From Psammoneis japonica (lineage: Eukaryota): a stretch of 64,000 bases of DNA. The position numbers and the translations under genes are program-made. The stretch lies in assembly GCA_008632985.1 (NCBI GenBank), contig QPGO01000023.1:62001-126000 (forward strand). The letters are read 5' to 3'. Positions 25,327-37,069 of the stretch are shown piece by piece (the first letter of the stretch is position 1; every line of letters begins with the position of its first letter). The notes under the pieces were generated by a model. The model ran no database searches. It saw only the letters and a program-made list of their open reading frames with translations, and had not been told where the DNA came from.

Positions 25327-26280
25327 TCAAACGCAAGTAGTCCTGCTTAGTTCTTCCTCCTTCCAGTATTTCAAATGAACTCCTTCCTTTACTTTTCGTC
25401 CTAGCTGACTCCACCCAGCCTTGTCGCCTGATGTCCCGCAAAGAAACATCATTCGAGGAAACCTCCTGACAGAATCCATTAACCCTTGTTCGGTCCACCG
25501 CAACTTCAAAAGCTGCTCGGTATTGTAACCGTTGTATCCAAGTTGATCCCTATAGCGCGTTGGGTTTTGTAGAATTGGTGGGAGAATATCCAAAGCCGGC
25601 AATACTGAGCTGGCGTTGACTACCAAGTGTCGATCGGCAATCCCATGCCAGTCGAGGCCCTCGGGAACCCACATGTACCGTGGGTCGAGCTTTGACAAGT
25701 TATGTTGACATCGATAATAGTGGTCATTCCTTGATATAACAAATCGATCATACATTTTTGTCCATCCCAGCTGTTGAATTCGTTGTGAGATAAACCACCG
25801 AAAAGAAAAGATGATTGCACCGCTCCCATTGATATTGCCCACTCCTCCAAATACAATATTTCTGGGATTGTATAATGGCAAAAGTGTGTCTCTCCATCCT
25901 GTACCATTGATAAGGTCAAAAGCTTCACCCCAGTCATCATAAGTCGGGTACTTGAACACGTACTTTGCTCGCTTCAAAATGGAGGCATCTTGGTACTGTT
26001 CCGGGGGTTCCTGTGTAAAGAGCGCCAGGTCAGCGGAATTTACGTCCAAAAGATTCTTGTAGAGACTCTGCCAGGCTGGTTCGCCACAACGTAGATTCCC
26101 CATCAAGATAACGAGAGTTTTGTTGGCGGGCCATGGGTGCGAATCGAGGTGCTCGTGCTTTTCCTTTTTTATTTTGCTGCTCGATAGACGGAAATGCAAC
26201 TCTGTTAAGAGAATCATGTACACCCCTGTAAAAAGAGCTCCACCTAATTGCAGAAGAGGACGAGTTCGTATCCTTACCAT
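25327..26280 (-). CDS. Type II membrane protein, possibly glycosyltransferase-like, function unknown
   Basis: 317-aa ORF with N-terminal signal anchor and YDRFVISRND...G..DRH pattern. Confidence 0.65.
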   Translation of the reverse strand: MVRIRTRPLLQLGGALFTGVYMILLTELHFRLSSSKIKKEKHEHLDSHPWPANKTLVILMGNLRCGEPAWQSLYKNLLDVNSADLALFTQEPPEQYQDASILKRAKYVFKYPTYDDWGEAFDLINGTGWRDTLLPLYNPRNIVFGGVGNINGSGAIIFSFRWFISQRIQQLGWTKMYDRFVISRNDHYYRCQHNLSKLDPRYMWVPEGLDWHGIADRHLVVNASSVLPALDILPPILQNPTRYRDQLGYNGYNTEQLLKLRWTEQGLMDSVRRFPRMMFLCGTSGDKAGWSQLGRKVKEGVHLKYWKEEELSRTTCV

Positions 26281-26837
26281 TTCGACGGCAGAATGCCATT
26301 TGGGAGGAGTGAACTGCTCAACGCCTCCCGCTCCCGCCGCCTACTTGCACACTTGCGTCGCTAAAAACTTGAACTCAAAATTCGAAAACTGAAAAAACTG
26401 CCTCAACGGAAGCACATCATTGAATTATATTCAAATCCGTATGATAATTTCTTCGGCATCGGTGTGAGGAGGGCAGACGGCCACGACCAAAATTTGAGCG
26501 AGCAGAAAACAGACTGCCAATTCGCGAAGGCGCAAGACGTCGCACACAAAGATCCATCCATCGCAAAACATCCACTCACGGCATCGGCAACCATCACGCA
26601 AAATCCCTGCTGTTGATTTCCAGCTCTGGCAGAGAGGCATGGTCGTCAGCAATGATGATGTCTGGGCAATCTCCAGCAGCAAGATCACATGCCAGGCAGG
26701 ACAGCAGCACATCAACAAGCGCGACGCCAGAGCGACAAAGGAAACCATCAGAACAACAGACCTCAGAGAGAGAAACCTGCTCAGCTGTCTGGGTCTGGCT
26801 GTCATCCACAGAGCTCATGTGCTGACACCCTGCCCTG

Positions 26838-27248
26838 GATGTGCTCCAGCTCCAGGTGGGACCTCGCACACCACCACTGCATTGTGACATCAACAGTTTT
26901 TTGGATCGCACGTCGTGCACGCACACATTTCTGCGTGTGACATTCTATGAAATTGTTTCATGCTCCCTGTTTTGCAAAGCCAAAGGCTTTTTATTTTCAA
27001 CATTTGTGAGAATGAAAATGTGCTGGGTGCATTCTTTAATGTCTGTGCAGAACATGCCCGGGCAAACTGTTGTTTGTGGTGTGCTTTTCAAGCATGAATC
27101 AGGAGATGCGTTCATGAAATTGCCACTTTTTCTGTTGGCAATCATTTGTGTTTTCATTGCAGGATGAATTCACTGCAGATCTTGCATGCAGAATTCTGTG
27201 GGCCCAGTGTCACATCGAGCCCCACCTGCCTGGGACTGGAAACCCGTC
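26838..27248 (-). mobile_element. ~410-bp non-autonomous TIR element, copy A (heavily TpA/CpG converted; inverted relative to copies B and C)
   Basis: Reverse complement aligns along its length with 44183..44578. Termini GATGTGCTCCAG...CTGGAAACCCGTC. CCTG precedes it and recurs after two extra C. Confidence 0.75.
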
Positions 27249-29459
27249 CCCCTGATCTGCAGTGTCTGTCTCCAGAAAGAGCGCAGACACACAAAAAAGA
27301 GTGTGTGTGGCAGGTCACAAAGAACAAAGAAGAGACAAGCTTGCCAGCCAGCAGAAAGATGGCAAACCAGGCAATGCAACAAATGGTCAGGTCCAACATG
27401 AAAAGAGCCATGCAGGGCAATGTCATGTCTCCAAAAACTCTCCAATGGCAGTGGGGCAAGAGTGTGCTGATGCCCCAAAGGAGCAGTCTTTCTTCAAACA
27501 AACAGACAAGCTGCACGCAGCAGCTTCTGACAACCCCCATTGTGGGTTAACCAAGTCTTGGGCCAAAGAACAACTCTCTCAACTGATGGACAATCAAAGT
27601 CAAAGAGGCACGTTGCAATGTTGCTGAATCTTGTTGGGCAAAGTGAGGCTGAATGGAGACCCACCATGGCAGAAGATGCATCAAAAAAGAGAAGCAAGAC
27701 AGCAGTCTGCTGCTCTTCTCAGGACAAACCAACACCTCTGCTGCACATGGCTTGACCTCTGAAATGCGTGCCAAACAAGGAAGGTGCACCGCGGGAAACA
27801 AATCAATGTTGGAAAAATGTGGGCACATCGTGGCAGACATGTGTTGGACACCCCCCCCCCCCCCCCCCCTGTTGCTTGGTCACCAAGTGGGACATCTTGG
27901 AACAGCCCTGCATGCTCTCACTGGGCTTTTTGCACACTTCCTCTTCTTGCACACTGCCCCCTCTTCATCACCCTGATCCTTCCCACCCCTGACCAACAGC
28001 TGCATCAGCAATGCCCCGTGGGTTGAGAGCAGCGCTGCCAGAGGCACAGCATGACAGAATGGTGACTGCTGCCCCACTTCTCTGTGCTGGCCTTTTGTTC
28101 AAATGAGAGAAGTGAAGGCAGTTTGCCAAGCCAAAAATCCCAAAGCAGTGGACATGGCTGCAAGTGTCTTTCCACAGCACTGCAGAGGTGGCAAGCAGCA
28201 AAGATGATACAACCTTGCCAACAGAGCATGATGGCTGTCCATGGGGTGAGTGTGAGGGCCACTTTGTGTGGAACAGTGCAGCACTGGCCAGAAACAGAAA
28301 ATTTTCAAGAAGAAATCTGGAGTGACATTGCAGTCAACACCAGGGGAAAACACCAACCACTGCATGTGGCTTGTTGTTTGCAGGTGCCACAGCATGCGCA
28401 TCAGCATTCCTTGCCTGGGGTCAGCAGCAGATGTGGCTGGGAACAGGAGGGTGCCCAGCAACTTGGGCTCTGCAAACATGTTGGAGCTCAAAAAAGAAGT
28501 CAAGGATGAGAGAAAAACAAAGGAGCTGCCACAACATTTGTGTGGAGATGCACATCTCCAATGACCATTCTTAACTTCAGGAACATGACTGTCAGCAGCA
28601 AAGCCACTGGACATGCGAGCAGGGTCAAACATGGGTTCTTCAAGCATGCTTCTTCTGGAACTCAAACAAGAGATCACAGGTGAAGCAGAAGGCAAAGCAG
28701 CTGTCTTGGTGCTTGTTGGAGTGGTGCTCACAAGATCCTTCTGTGGGTGAGTTGACACCCAACACACCATCAACTTGGGCCACTTCATTTGTGGCAGAAA
28801 TTGCTGCACACCCAAATCTGGGCACAGCTTGACTCTTGATTTGACACTTGTTTGGCAGAGGCTTGAGTTTCAACTCCCAGCAGGATCTGCTGTTCACTTG
28901 ACATTTGCAAACAACAGAAACTGCTTCAAAATCAATGGCAACAGACTTGCTCCAAACTTGGAGAGTGCATTTGAGAAAAACAAGCAACACAGCAGAGTCT
29001 GCAAAAGCTTTGGACTTTCCTTTCATTGTTTTGGTGCCTTTCTTTAATTTGGTGCACTTGCATCAAGAGCAAGATTGTCAATGCATGGATGCCCCACAGC
29101 AACAACTGATGTCAGAGTTGAAGGAGCAGGAGCAACACACTGGCGTGCAAAGGATCAGCCAGGAAACTTTTGTTGCTCAAAACTCTCTGATGACAACTGA
29201 GCACAGAAAATCCAAAAAAAAGGCAGAGGCAACCAGCACCAAAACATCCCAGTGGCGCACATCAACAAATGGCCTTGGGGCATGACACCACAGCGAATGC
29301 CGAAGTGCTGTGGTGGAGAAGCATTTGGGCCGCCTGCTGCCCTCATTCACAACAGCTGCTGCTCTCCCTGTGTTTGATCGCTTTTGCTGGGGTCAAGAAT
29401 GAGTCATTCTTTGTTTTCCTGGAGACACTTTGCTGATGCTGTGTGCTGGCCATGCAGCA

Positions 29460-29690
29460 GTTGCAGAGCGATGGCTGCTTTTGTTGAGAGCTGCTTCTGC
29501 GCGGCAAAAGCGAGCTCCCGCGAGAGCTCTTCTCTCTTTTGGGGGGCAATCATCATCATCACTCACTGTCAAGCCCTTGTCATCAAGAGCACTTGATTGC
29601 TGAGACTTGAACATTCTTTGTTACACTGAGTTTTCAAATTGCTCAAAAACGGGGTGCTGCTGTTGCTGCCCCTGCAGCGCTGCAACTGCG
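29460..29690 (-). pseudogene. Duplicated fragment of the 5' part of the neighbouring 2OG oxygenase gene
   Basis: Encodes ...FEQFENSV*QRMFKSQQSSALDDKGLTVS versus FGQFENSVQQRIIESQQSSALGDKGLTVS at ~24720-24850. Confidence 0.85.
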
Positions 29691-29741
29691 GCTCAGCTTG
29701 GCTGGCCCTGGTCTTTGTGCTGTTTTGGAGAGCAACGTGGT

Positions 29742-30131
29742 GACGCGTTCCAGCCGTAGGTGGGACTCCGTGTGACATTGGACCCGTAGAATTCTACGTG
29801 CGAGCTCCGTAGTACGAGAATTTAATTAATGGATATATTTATCTTCAACATCAAATAAACGGCCAAGTTTGTGGTACAATTATGCCTCTCACCACTCGAC
29901 TTTTTTGCAAATACGCCTGCCCTACGCGATTCTTAAGACATTATAGAATCGCGCTATAACAAAAAATGTCAAAAGTTGTTGGACGGATCGCTCAATAAGT
30001 GTACCGTAAAATGACACAAAATATCGAAAAAATCACGTAGAAATCTACGTGCGCGACATACGACGTGATTCAAAAAACTATCGATGTCACAGTTCAGTAG
30101 TACGAGGTCCCACCTAGACCTGGAACACGTC
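29742..30131 (+). mobile_element. 390-bp non-autonomous TIR element, copy B (TpA intact)
   Basis: Imperfect TIRs GACGCGTTCCAGCCGTAGGTGGGAC / GTCCCACCTAGACCTGGAACACGTC; 4-bp TSD TGGT (29738-41, 30132-35). Confidence 0.85.
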
Positions 30132-32258
30132 TGGTGTGGTGTGTTGTTCCAAATGATGCTCGCCCAATGAGTGAGCCTGTGGTGAGCAAGATTAGAAACA
30201 TGGATGAGTGCAGAAGGAGCAAGCTGTGGTCAGCCATCGTCGCTGCAAATGATCTGTCCTTCCACATGCATCACACCGCAGCTTGCACCGCATGGGTTGG
30301 CAAAAATAAATGACACTTCGGTTCAGGTTGACGGACAGAACTCGCATCTCCCGCACTATCGTTTCACGACGCTCGCGGAGCGGCCACCGCTGCGTAGAAA
30401 TGGCATTTTGTACTGTGACGTCATCTTGCACGTAGATTCTACGGCAGTACTGAAAAGCCGCTCCTTCCTTCTTTTTTTTGGGCCGAAATTCAGATCTGCC
30501 TCCCACAATTCCCAGTACAAAAAATGCGTAAAAGTTACGGAACGAAAATGGTGAGTCGCCGTTCATCGGTAAGAACGTTACTGCTTGTGTTATTGGGTCA
30601 AAACTCGCAATGTTTCGATTGTATCTCATCATTAACTTATATGACTATCGTTCTATCTAAAAATATTGCGACTTTTGCCACTTGCAGAGCGAAAAAAAGA
30701 CTTTTGCTGCCGCCCACTTGTTTCACCCGATGTCGCTGCTTCCGACAACTTCAGGCGACGTTCTCAAGGTTCAACATAGAAGGTGTGGTATGGGATAACG
30801 TTCATTCGTCGATATTTATGATCGAGATGAAGGAGAAAATATCCTGACTGTTGTGGGAGGTGATGCTGAGCTGAAAACAAGAGCTCATCCAAATGTGCAT
30901 CCGTCGCCTTGGTCCTGTCGCAACCGCCTGATCGACTCAGAATGCCAAGAAATTCATGAGGAGGGGTTGTTCAAGGAATTAGAGAGCCCCTTCATGTAAT
31001 AAAGGAAGCTAATATGGGCAAGACAAGGAAACAAAAGAGCAATTCAAGGACGTGAGAACCCGCAAGCTGGTGGACCCACAAATCTGCCAATCTACCACCG
31101 GAGACAATTTGCAATGTAGGAGACGACTCCTAGTTTTAACCAGCAATTCTAAGCACTAGTCCATGCTAATTTATCATATTACGCATTTATAATCTATTCT
31201 TATCATTGAAGTGATGATTTCTAGCGCTTGGAGCCTTCAAGAGAGAACTGCTTGCGCTCACCAAGTTCCGGATCAAATCCACTTTTGGGCTTCAATGGCA
31301 CTTATTGTTTTTGTTGACTCTTGCCACTGCTCATATTCAATGTCCTTCTATGTAGTGGATGCTTCCTGGACTATTGTTAAGCCTTAAATCTACATTATTA
31401 ACAAACTACGCATCGTTCCGTGCACTCAAAATGATGAAAATGGGTGTCCGTAAAAAGGGTTCCGGCCAGCTGTCGTCAATTACCAGTCACTGGTAGTATT
31501 TTCTACAGTTTGATCCCGATCTTAAGAAGCATTGACCGCATAAAAAAGCATCTTTGCAGACAATATGAACAATTTAAGCTGTGCTCCGCATCGATTTGGT
31601 TGGAGCTGGTACATTCACAGGATCAGAGGTCCAACTGCTTACGGCTCCTCAGGAACTCGCATGGATTCTTGACTTCTGACAACCACCCAGGATCGTCTCA
31701 TTTAGGCATAGAGGGAGGAGTATGAGGCGTAGGTTGAAACTTTTGGATGGTTTAATGTAGACATTGAGCCGATTTGATTGTCGAAAATGATCGTGACAGC
31801 AAGGATTGCCGCGCTTGCTTTTGTTTTTGACACGGAAAACACTGCCAAAGAAAGAGCTTGTGACTTTCTATGTCACCTTTATCGAATATATCGTCCAAGT
31901 CATGGGTACCTGCATAATACATTCCACTGTACACCTTCAAAACATTTGCTGTCGTGTCGGATGCAGAAGACACAAAGAAATTGAGTGAAAAGTTCAGATG
32001 ACGATTAAAGGCATCAAATGAAGATTTCTTGCTTTAGCACCCTTACCTTATGATCATAATGAGGTTTTAACATACTATCCAGGTGTTTCTTACACTTGGT
32101 GTTAAATATTGCCGCCGCCGCAACCGATCTCATGGTCGACTTGAGTTGCGTCGCGTGTCTGCGTTTTGGATGAAGAAACATTGATTTTATGGGTTATGAG
32201 CGTTTTGTCGAAAATCACAGCGATGGCCGCGCGGACGTGGCCCAAAAGCGTCGTGGTT

Positions 32259-32787
32259 TAGTCGTGGCGCCAGAACCCCGGGTGCGGCACCCGTTTTTTT
32301 TTAATTTTTTTAATAAGGAAATTATGCATTCGACCAAGAAATTACTGTTTTTAATACGGAACAATAGCCGTTGACAAATGACACATGCGTCCGTTGAATC
32401 GATAAGATGTCAACACGATTGTTTACAATCATTTCGGGCCTCATATATGTACTCTTACTTTAATAATTGAAGATCAAAATGAGGTTGATATATCCAAAAA
32501 TGAAAAACCCGGGCGCCACGCCCTATTTCTGGTGACAGCTGTATCTCTTGTAGAGTGCACACTTTGCCGTTGTTTTCTATTTAGAAATCTTCAGAACTAT
32601 ACAGAGTATAAGAGGGTGGCGTTATGTTATATCGAAAGAGTGTTGGTAATGCCGAACAAAGTAGCCGAAAATATTAGTGCTCCGTATGTATGAAAAAATC
32701 AATTTCTTGGTCGAATGCATAATTTCCGTATTAAAAAAATTAAATAAAAACCCGGGTGCCGCACCCGGGGTTCTGGCGCCACGACTA
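32259..32787. mobile_element. MITE-like element with ~85-bp terminal inverted repeats
   Basis: TAGTCGTGGCGCCAGAACCCCGGGTGCGGCACCCG...ATTATGCATTCGACCAAGAAATT is mirrored at 32701-32787. The terminal TA may be a TSD; no longer TSD is seen. Confidence 0.85.
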
Positions 32788-32879
32788 TCACAACGCAAAC
32801 AACGCAATGGCACAACGTAGTGCGTCTTTGTTTCTTTTGGCAGCTACCCGAACCGCGTTGTCACAATATCAGGCTCAGA

Positions 32880-34201
32880 ATGACAGGGACGCGTCATTAT
32901 AGACCATCAGTGGCCTTTTTATTATGGGTGACCATCACACTGTGCTTGGTGTTGACGATCGTTGTCGGTAGCGAGGAAGAGTCGTCTCACTATGCTTATT
33001 CGCCAGAACGCCTCTTGTCGTCCTATCAATCTCTCAGAGAACAAGTGAAAGCGGAAGAAACTTATCAAATAGTTGACAATAAGGGGTCATGTCAAGGACG
33101 GAAAGATCTTGTTGTTGCTGCAATCCAATTGACGTCTTCAGATTCACCCAACCACGACGTTCAAGGTTTCTGGGAACGCGCGCAGAAAGCCGTGGTTGAT
33201 GCAGTAGAACAACATAATGCCACCCTAGTTTTGCTTCCGGAACTGTTCTTGGGTCCTTACTTTTGTCAGTCTCAAGAAGCCTCTTTGATAGGACTTGCAG
33301 ATCCTGTACAGGACAATTTCGTAATCTCACATTTCCAGCGAGTAGCGAGAACGTATGGTGTGGTCCTGCCGATATCCATTTATGAACGGAAAAACAACGC
33401 TTGTTTCAACTCTGTAGTCATGATTGATGCTGATGGATCTATTCTGGGGACTTATCGTTGAGTGATATCAATCAAATGTGACCTCATGTTTCGTTTCGGC
33501 TTCTGAGAAGTAGTCTCACCGCTTGCCCTATCGCATTGTACTCCGACAGGAAAGTCACACATTCCCGATGGCACCGGCTATCAAGAAAAGTTTTACTTTA
33601 GTCCTGGTGATACGGGTTTCAAAGTTTTTGACACGTCTGTCGGAAAGGTTGGTGTAGGTATCTGTTGGGACCAATGGTTTCCCGAAGTAGCCAGGTCGAT
33701 GGCGCTCTTGGGAGCGGAAGTGTTGCTGTACCCTACGGCCATTGGGAGTGAGCCGCAAGATCCAACCATTAATAGTGCTGACCACTGGCAACGTGTCATG
33801 CAAGGCCATGCTGCTGCCAACGTAAGAAATGGCTGCCTGTATTGTGTTGGTGGTGATTGGCTGTGCTATAATCTCGTCCAACTGATGCCCGCTGTTTCTC
33901 TTAATTTCATTCTCTCTAGATGATTCCGGTAGTTGCTTCCAATCGATACGGGTTGGAGATATTGCTGAATGAAGATGAGACAGAAAAGCAAAGGATTAAA
34001 TTTTATGGACGGTCCTTCATCACTGATGAAAACGGTGCAATTATCAGCGAGGCGAGGGATGGGTTCGACATTATTTCAACAACGATTGACGCTCAAGCCA
34101 ACAGGGCTACCCGAGCTGCTTGGGGATTGTTTCGTGACCGCCGACCAGAACTCTACGGTACGTTGAGCACCAAGGATGGAGAGTTATCCATGAAGGACTA
34201 G
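32880..34201 (+). CDS. aguB: N-carbamoylputrescine amidohydrolase (nitrilase superfamily)
   Basis: LPELF..PYFCQ, YRKSHIPDG.GYQEKFYFSPGD, GICWDQWFPE, YPTAIGSEP and LFRDRRPELY motifs; introns 33457..33549 and 33822..33919. Confidence 0.93.
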
Positions 34202-34228
34202 GCCTAAGTAATTTCGAAAGCTAATGAT

Positions 34229-34338
34229 GCGAAGACAAACCGTGACACCCGAGCTGCTTGGGGATTGTTTGTGGTCGCTGGCTGGAACTCTACGGTACGC
34301 CGGGCACCAAGGATGGAGGTTATGCATGAAGGACTAAG
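34229..34338 (+). repeat. Degenerate tandem duplicate of the last ~110 bp of the amidase CDS
   Basis: ACCCGAGCTGCTTGGGGATTGTTT...GAACTCTACGGTACG...CACCAAGGATGGAG...ATGAAGGACTA repeats 34109-34200. Confidence 0.85.
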
Positions 34339-34380
34339 TACAGGATTGGAATCACCTGACAACAAAAATTGAAGTTCTCG

Positions 34381-35290
34381 CTACAGGTTAGATTTCATTC
34401 TTGGCCTTGTAGTATCTGTAATGTATTCCTTTGCATTTTGAAAGGTATTGCCGTCACCCACAGCTTCCAAGTAATGCGCCAGTCCCAACTGCCGTTCGCG
34501 TTGCAATCCATGTGCTAGATCCATGGCGCCGCCTTCTTCAATCGCTCGTTTGTACCGTTTTACCATGGTGGCGTTGTTCTGTCCAATCCGATCTGCAATC
34601 TCCAAAGCACGGTCTACAACATTTCCAGAGGTGACTTCGTCCAGCAAACCCCATTCTAATGCTAGTTTTGATGGGATGGGCATGGCCGAGAGAGACGCTA
34701 ACTTTGCTCGACCTGGCCCTACACGACGTTGCAGCTTCTGCGACAAACCCCAACACGGTGCGAGGGCAAACTTGACGTGTGTATCGCGAAACTTGGTTGT
34801 TTCGTCTCCGACAAGAATATCACAAGCCAAGGCCAACTCAAAACCTCCCGTTATACACTGACAGTAGTGAAATTACAAAAGTTGGTTGGAATAAGCACCG
34901 GTATACCATCACAGCTTTACAACAAGACGTGGCACTTACGTGACCTTGAATCGCTCCAATCAGCGGTACTGAAAGACGACTCATTTGATAAACTGGATTG
35001 TTGATCAGGTCTTTTGGTAAGTCACTGGATTGATCTAATGCGTTCGGTGGGTTTTCCAGATCTGCACCAGCACAAAACGATCTCCCTTCTCCCGTCAAAA
35101 TCACGGCAACCACATTATTTTCTGCATCATCCATCAACACCAACTCGGAAACAAGTCTCGACAACAATTCGCAAACTTGAGTATTGAAACAGTTCAAACG
35201 ATCGGGACGATTCAACGATAGAATAACTGCATCTCCACCCGACTTGGGAAGACGGACGCGTTTCGACAAGACAAGTGCTGACGACGCCAT
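34381..35290 (-). CDS. Enoyl-CoA hydratase/isomerase (crotonase) family protein
   Basis: LNRPDRLN, LTGEGRSFCAGADL and GHCITGGFELALACDI motifs; intron 34858..34939. Confidence 0.92.
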
Positions 35291-37069
35291 GGCGTTCAGT
35301 GCTTTTTTCTCTTCCAACACACACCATGGGATGCCCGCGCGTTCCATGCGCGCAAAGGCCAATTTTCACGAGGTCGATTTTATCTGACGCCACGTCCAAA
35401 CCACAACAAACAAGAACAGCGCGTTACGGTCCTTTTACAGCAAGAACCTTGTGGACGAATTGCTGCACAGTTGCCAGAAGGAGCTTTCTTTCGAAACCGC
35501 AATGGCAAATATCCTCTCGAAAATGCAGAGGTGGGTCGAAAGCTCTTTGTCGGTGGTGTGGCGTCAAGAGTTTGTGTGACGCGTGTCCTGCCGCATTGGG
35601 AGCATCAATGTGGATGATCACCCCGCCGTGATGAAGGCTCTACAAGACGATGCTCAGATGGAGACGGTAAGCGACGAGGGTGTCAAAGACGCTGTCCAAA
35701 AGGGACAAGCTGCACGGCTCATTGTTTGAACGAAGGACTCGGCCGTGAGTGAGGTGAGTGCAGCGATGTTGGCCCATGAAGAGGATGCTGGAGTGCCGAT
35801 GTTGGGTCACGTGGCCATTTCTCGCATGGCAAAGTCTACAAATAGCTTCTTTTCTGCAGCTGCGGCAGTCAGCTTCATGAAGGCTTGTCCCAACGAGGCA
35901 GCCGTAAAAGACAAGGCGCGCAAAACGCTCAAGTCCTTGGCAGGAGCTGACGAACAGCGAGAAGTTTCCTCTGTGGCGCTCGGCGCAGTTGCCGCATTGT
36001 CGATGCAATGCAAGCACACGTGACTGATCCGCAACACAGAAAGAGGCATGCGGAGGCTTTGCTGGAAGTGTTTCTGGTGGTGGGGTGGATCGTGCCACGA
36101 GTGTGGGGGTTGACAGCGGGCTCACCGTCGTTGTCAATGCCATTGAGTTCGTGCAGAGGTGTTTGGCGTTGAAGCACATGACGGGCTGTCCGCGAGCCGA
36201 CAAACCCGACATTCTAACTTCTCAATCAGAGCCTGCTGCTGCTTGCCACCAAGAACAAGTTTCCAAAGTCTTGCGGCCTGACTGTGGCTGTGTTGCACAC
36301 TGGGCCAAAAGGAAAGAAATGTGTGCATTGAATTGCGGAACACAATGCATGTTGCAAGACATTGGGGCACTCAAGAGAAATTGCCAAGCTTCTTTCAACA
36401 CACACTGTCAAATCTGTCAAGCAATGGCAACCATGGCGGGTGCTTGACGGCAAGCTCTCTCATCAAACTGTCTCATCAACTTGCTCTGAACATGACTGGT
36501 GTGGGTTGAATGGGTGCTCATCTGCCGCGGTTGCGAAAGGTTGAATGCTGAGTGCAATCTGCTTGTAAGTTCACGTTTGGTCGTGATGGGTTTCTCTTCA
36601 AATGCGCAACATGGAAGCTGAGCTGCAAGTTGGTGGCTGCTTCCACTGAACTCTTGCATGCCTGGCTAATGTGGTTGGTCTGTCTGCACCGCCAGGGATG
36701 ACGAAGGGCGGCTTCACCGACTCCTGCCCTCAAACATCTTGCTGGCATGGGAGACGATGCAGGGGCTCTCAATTGACACGTCGACAAAGGGCGCCTCCAC
36801 CACCACACCTGGGCCTCATCCATGGTGGTGTTGTCGACGTGGCAAGGGCTCTCGAACACCTCGCCCGTGGCGGGATCACACACTTTCACCATGGGACGAT
36901 CCTGATTTACTTTGGGGGGCAACTGACCACAGTTGACAAAGGGCGTTGTCACTGCTTGGGCCTCGTGCATCTTGCATGGTTCGCTCCGATCATTGCGTCG
37001 AGGGATGTCAAACAATTTGCCGGTCGCACGAACTCTGGTGGTCATCAGAGAATGCTCTGCCTCTCTGGG

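Larger units (their letters stand above)
26450..29741. other. Hypermutated tract C
   Basis: About 8 TpA in ~3.3 kb by eye. CpG is retained at the left edge (26450-26730) and lost in the core. Confidence 0.85.

Noticed and set aside
27851..27869. Poly-C run
   Set aside because: Simple homopolymer of unreliable length; no supported function.
26838..30131. Single composite transposon bounded by the two inverted ~400-bp elements
   Set aside because: Each copy has its own TIRs and TSD and their middles differ, so independent insertions are more parsimonious.
29742..30131. Self-splicing intron, introner or ribozyme
   Set aside because: No consistent GT-AG ends across copies, and I found no hammerhead or group I/II core motifs; TIR plus TSD fits a DNA element.
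30190..32000. Possible degraded coding remnants
   Set aside because: Short broken frames with no motif I can assign.
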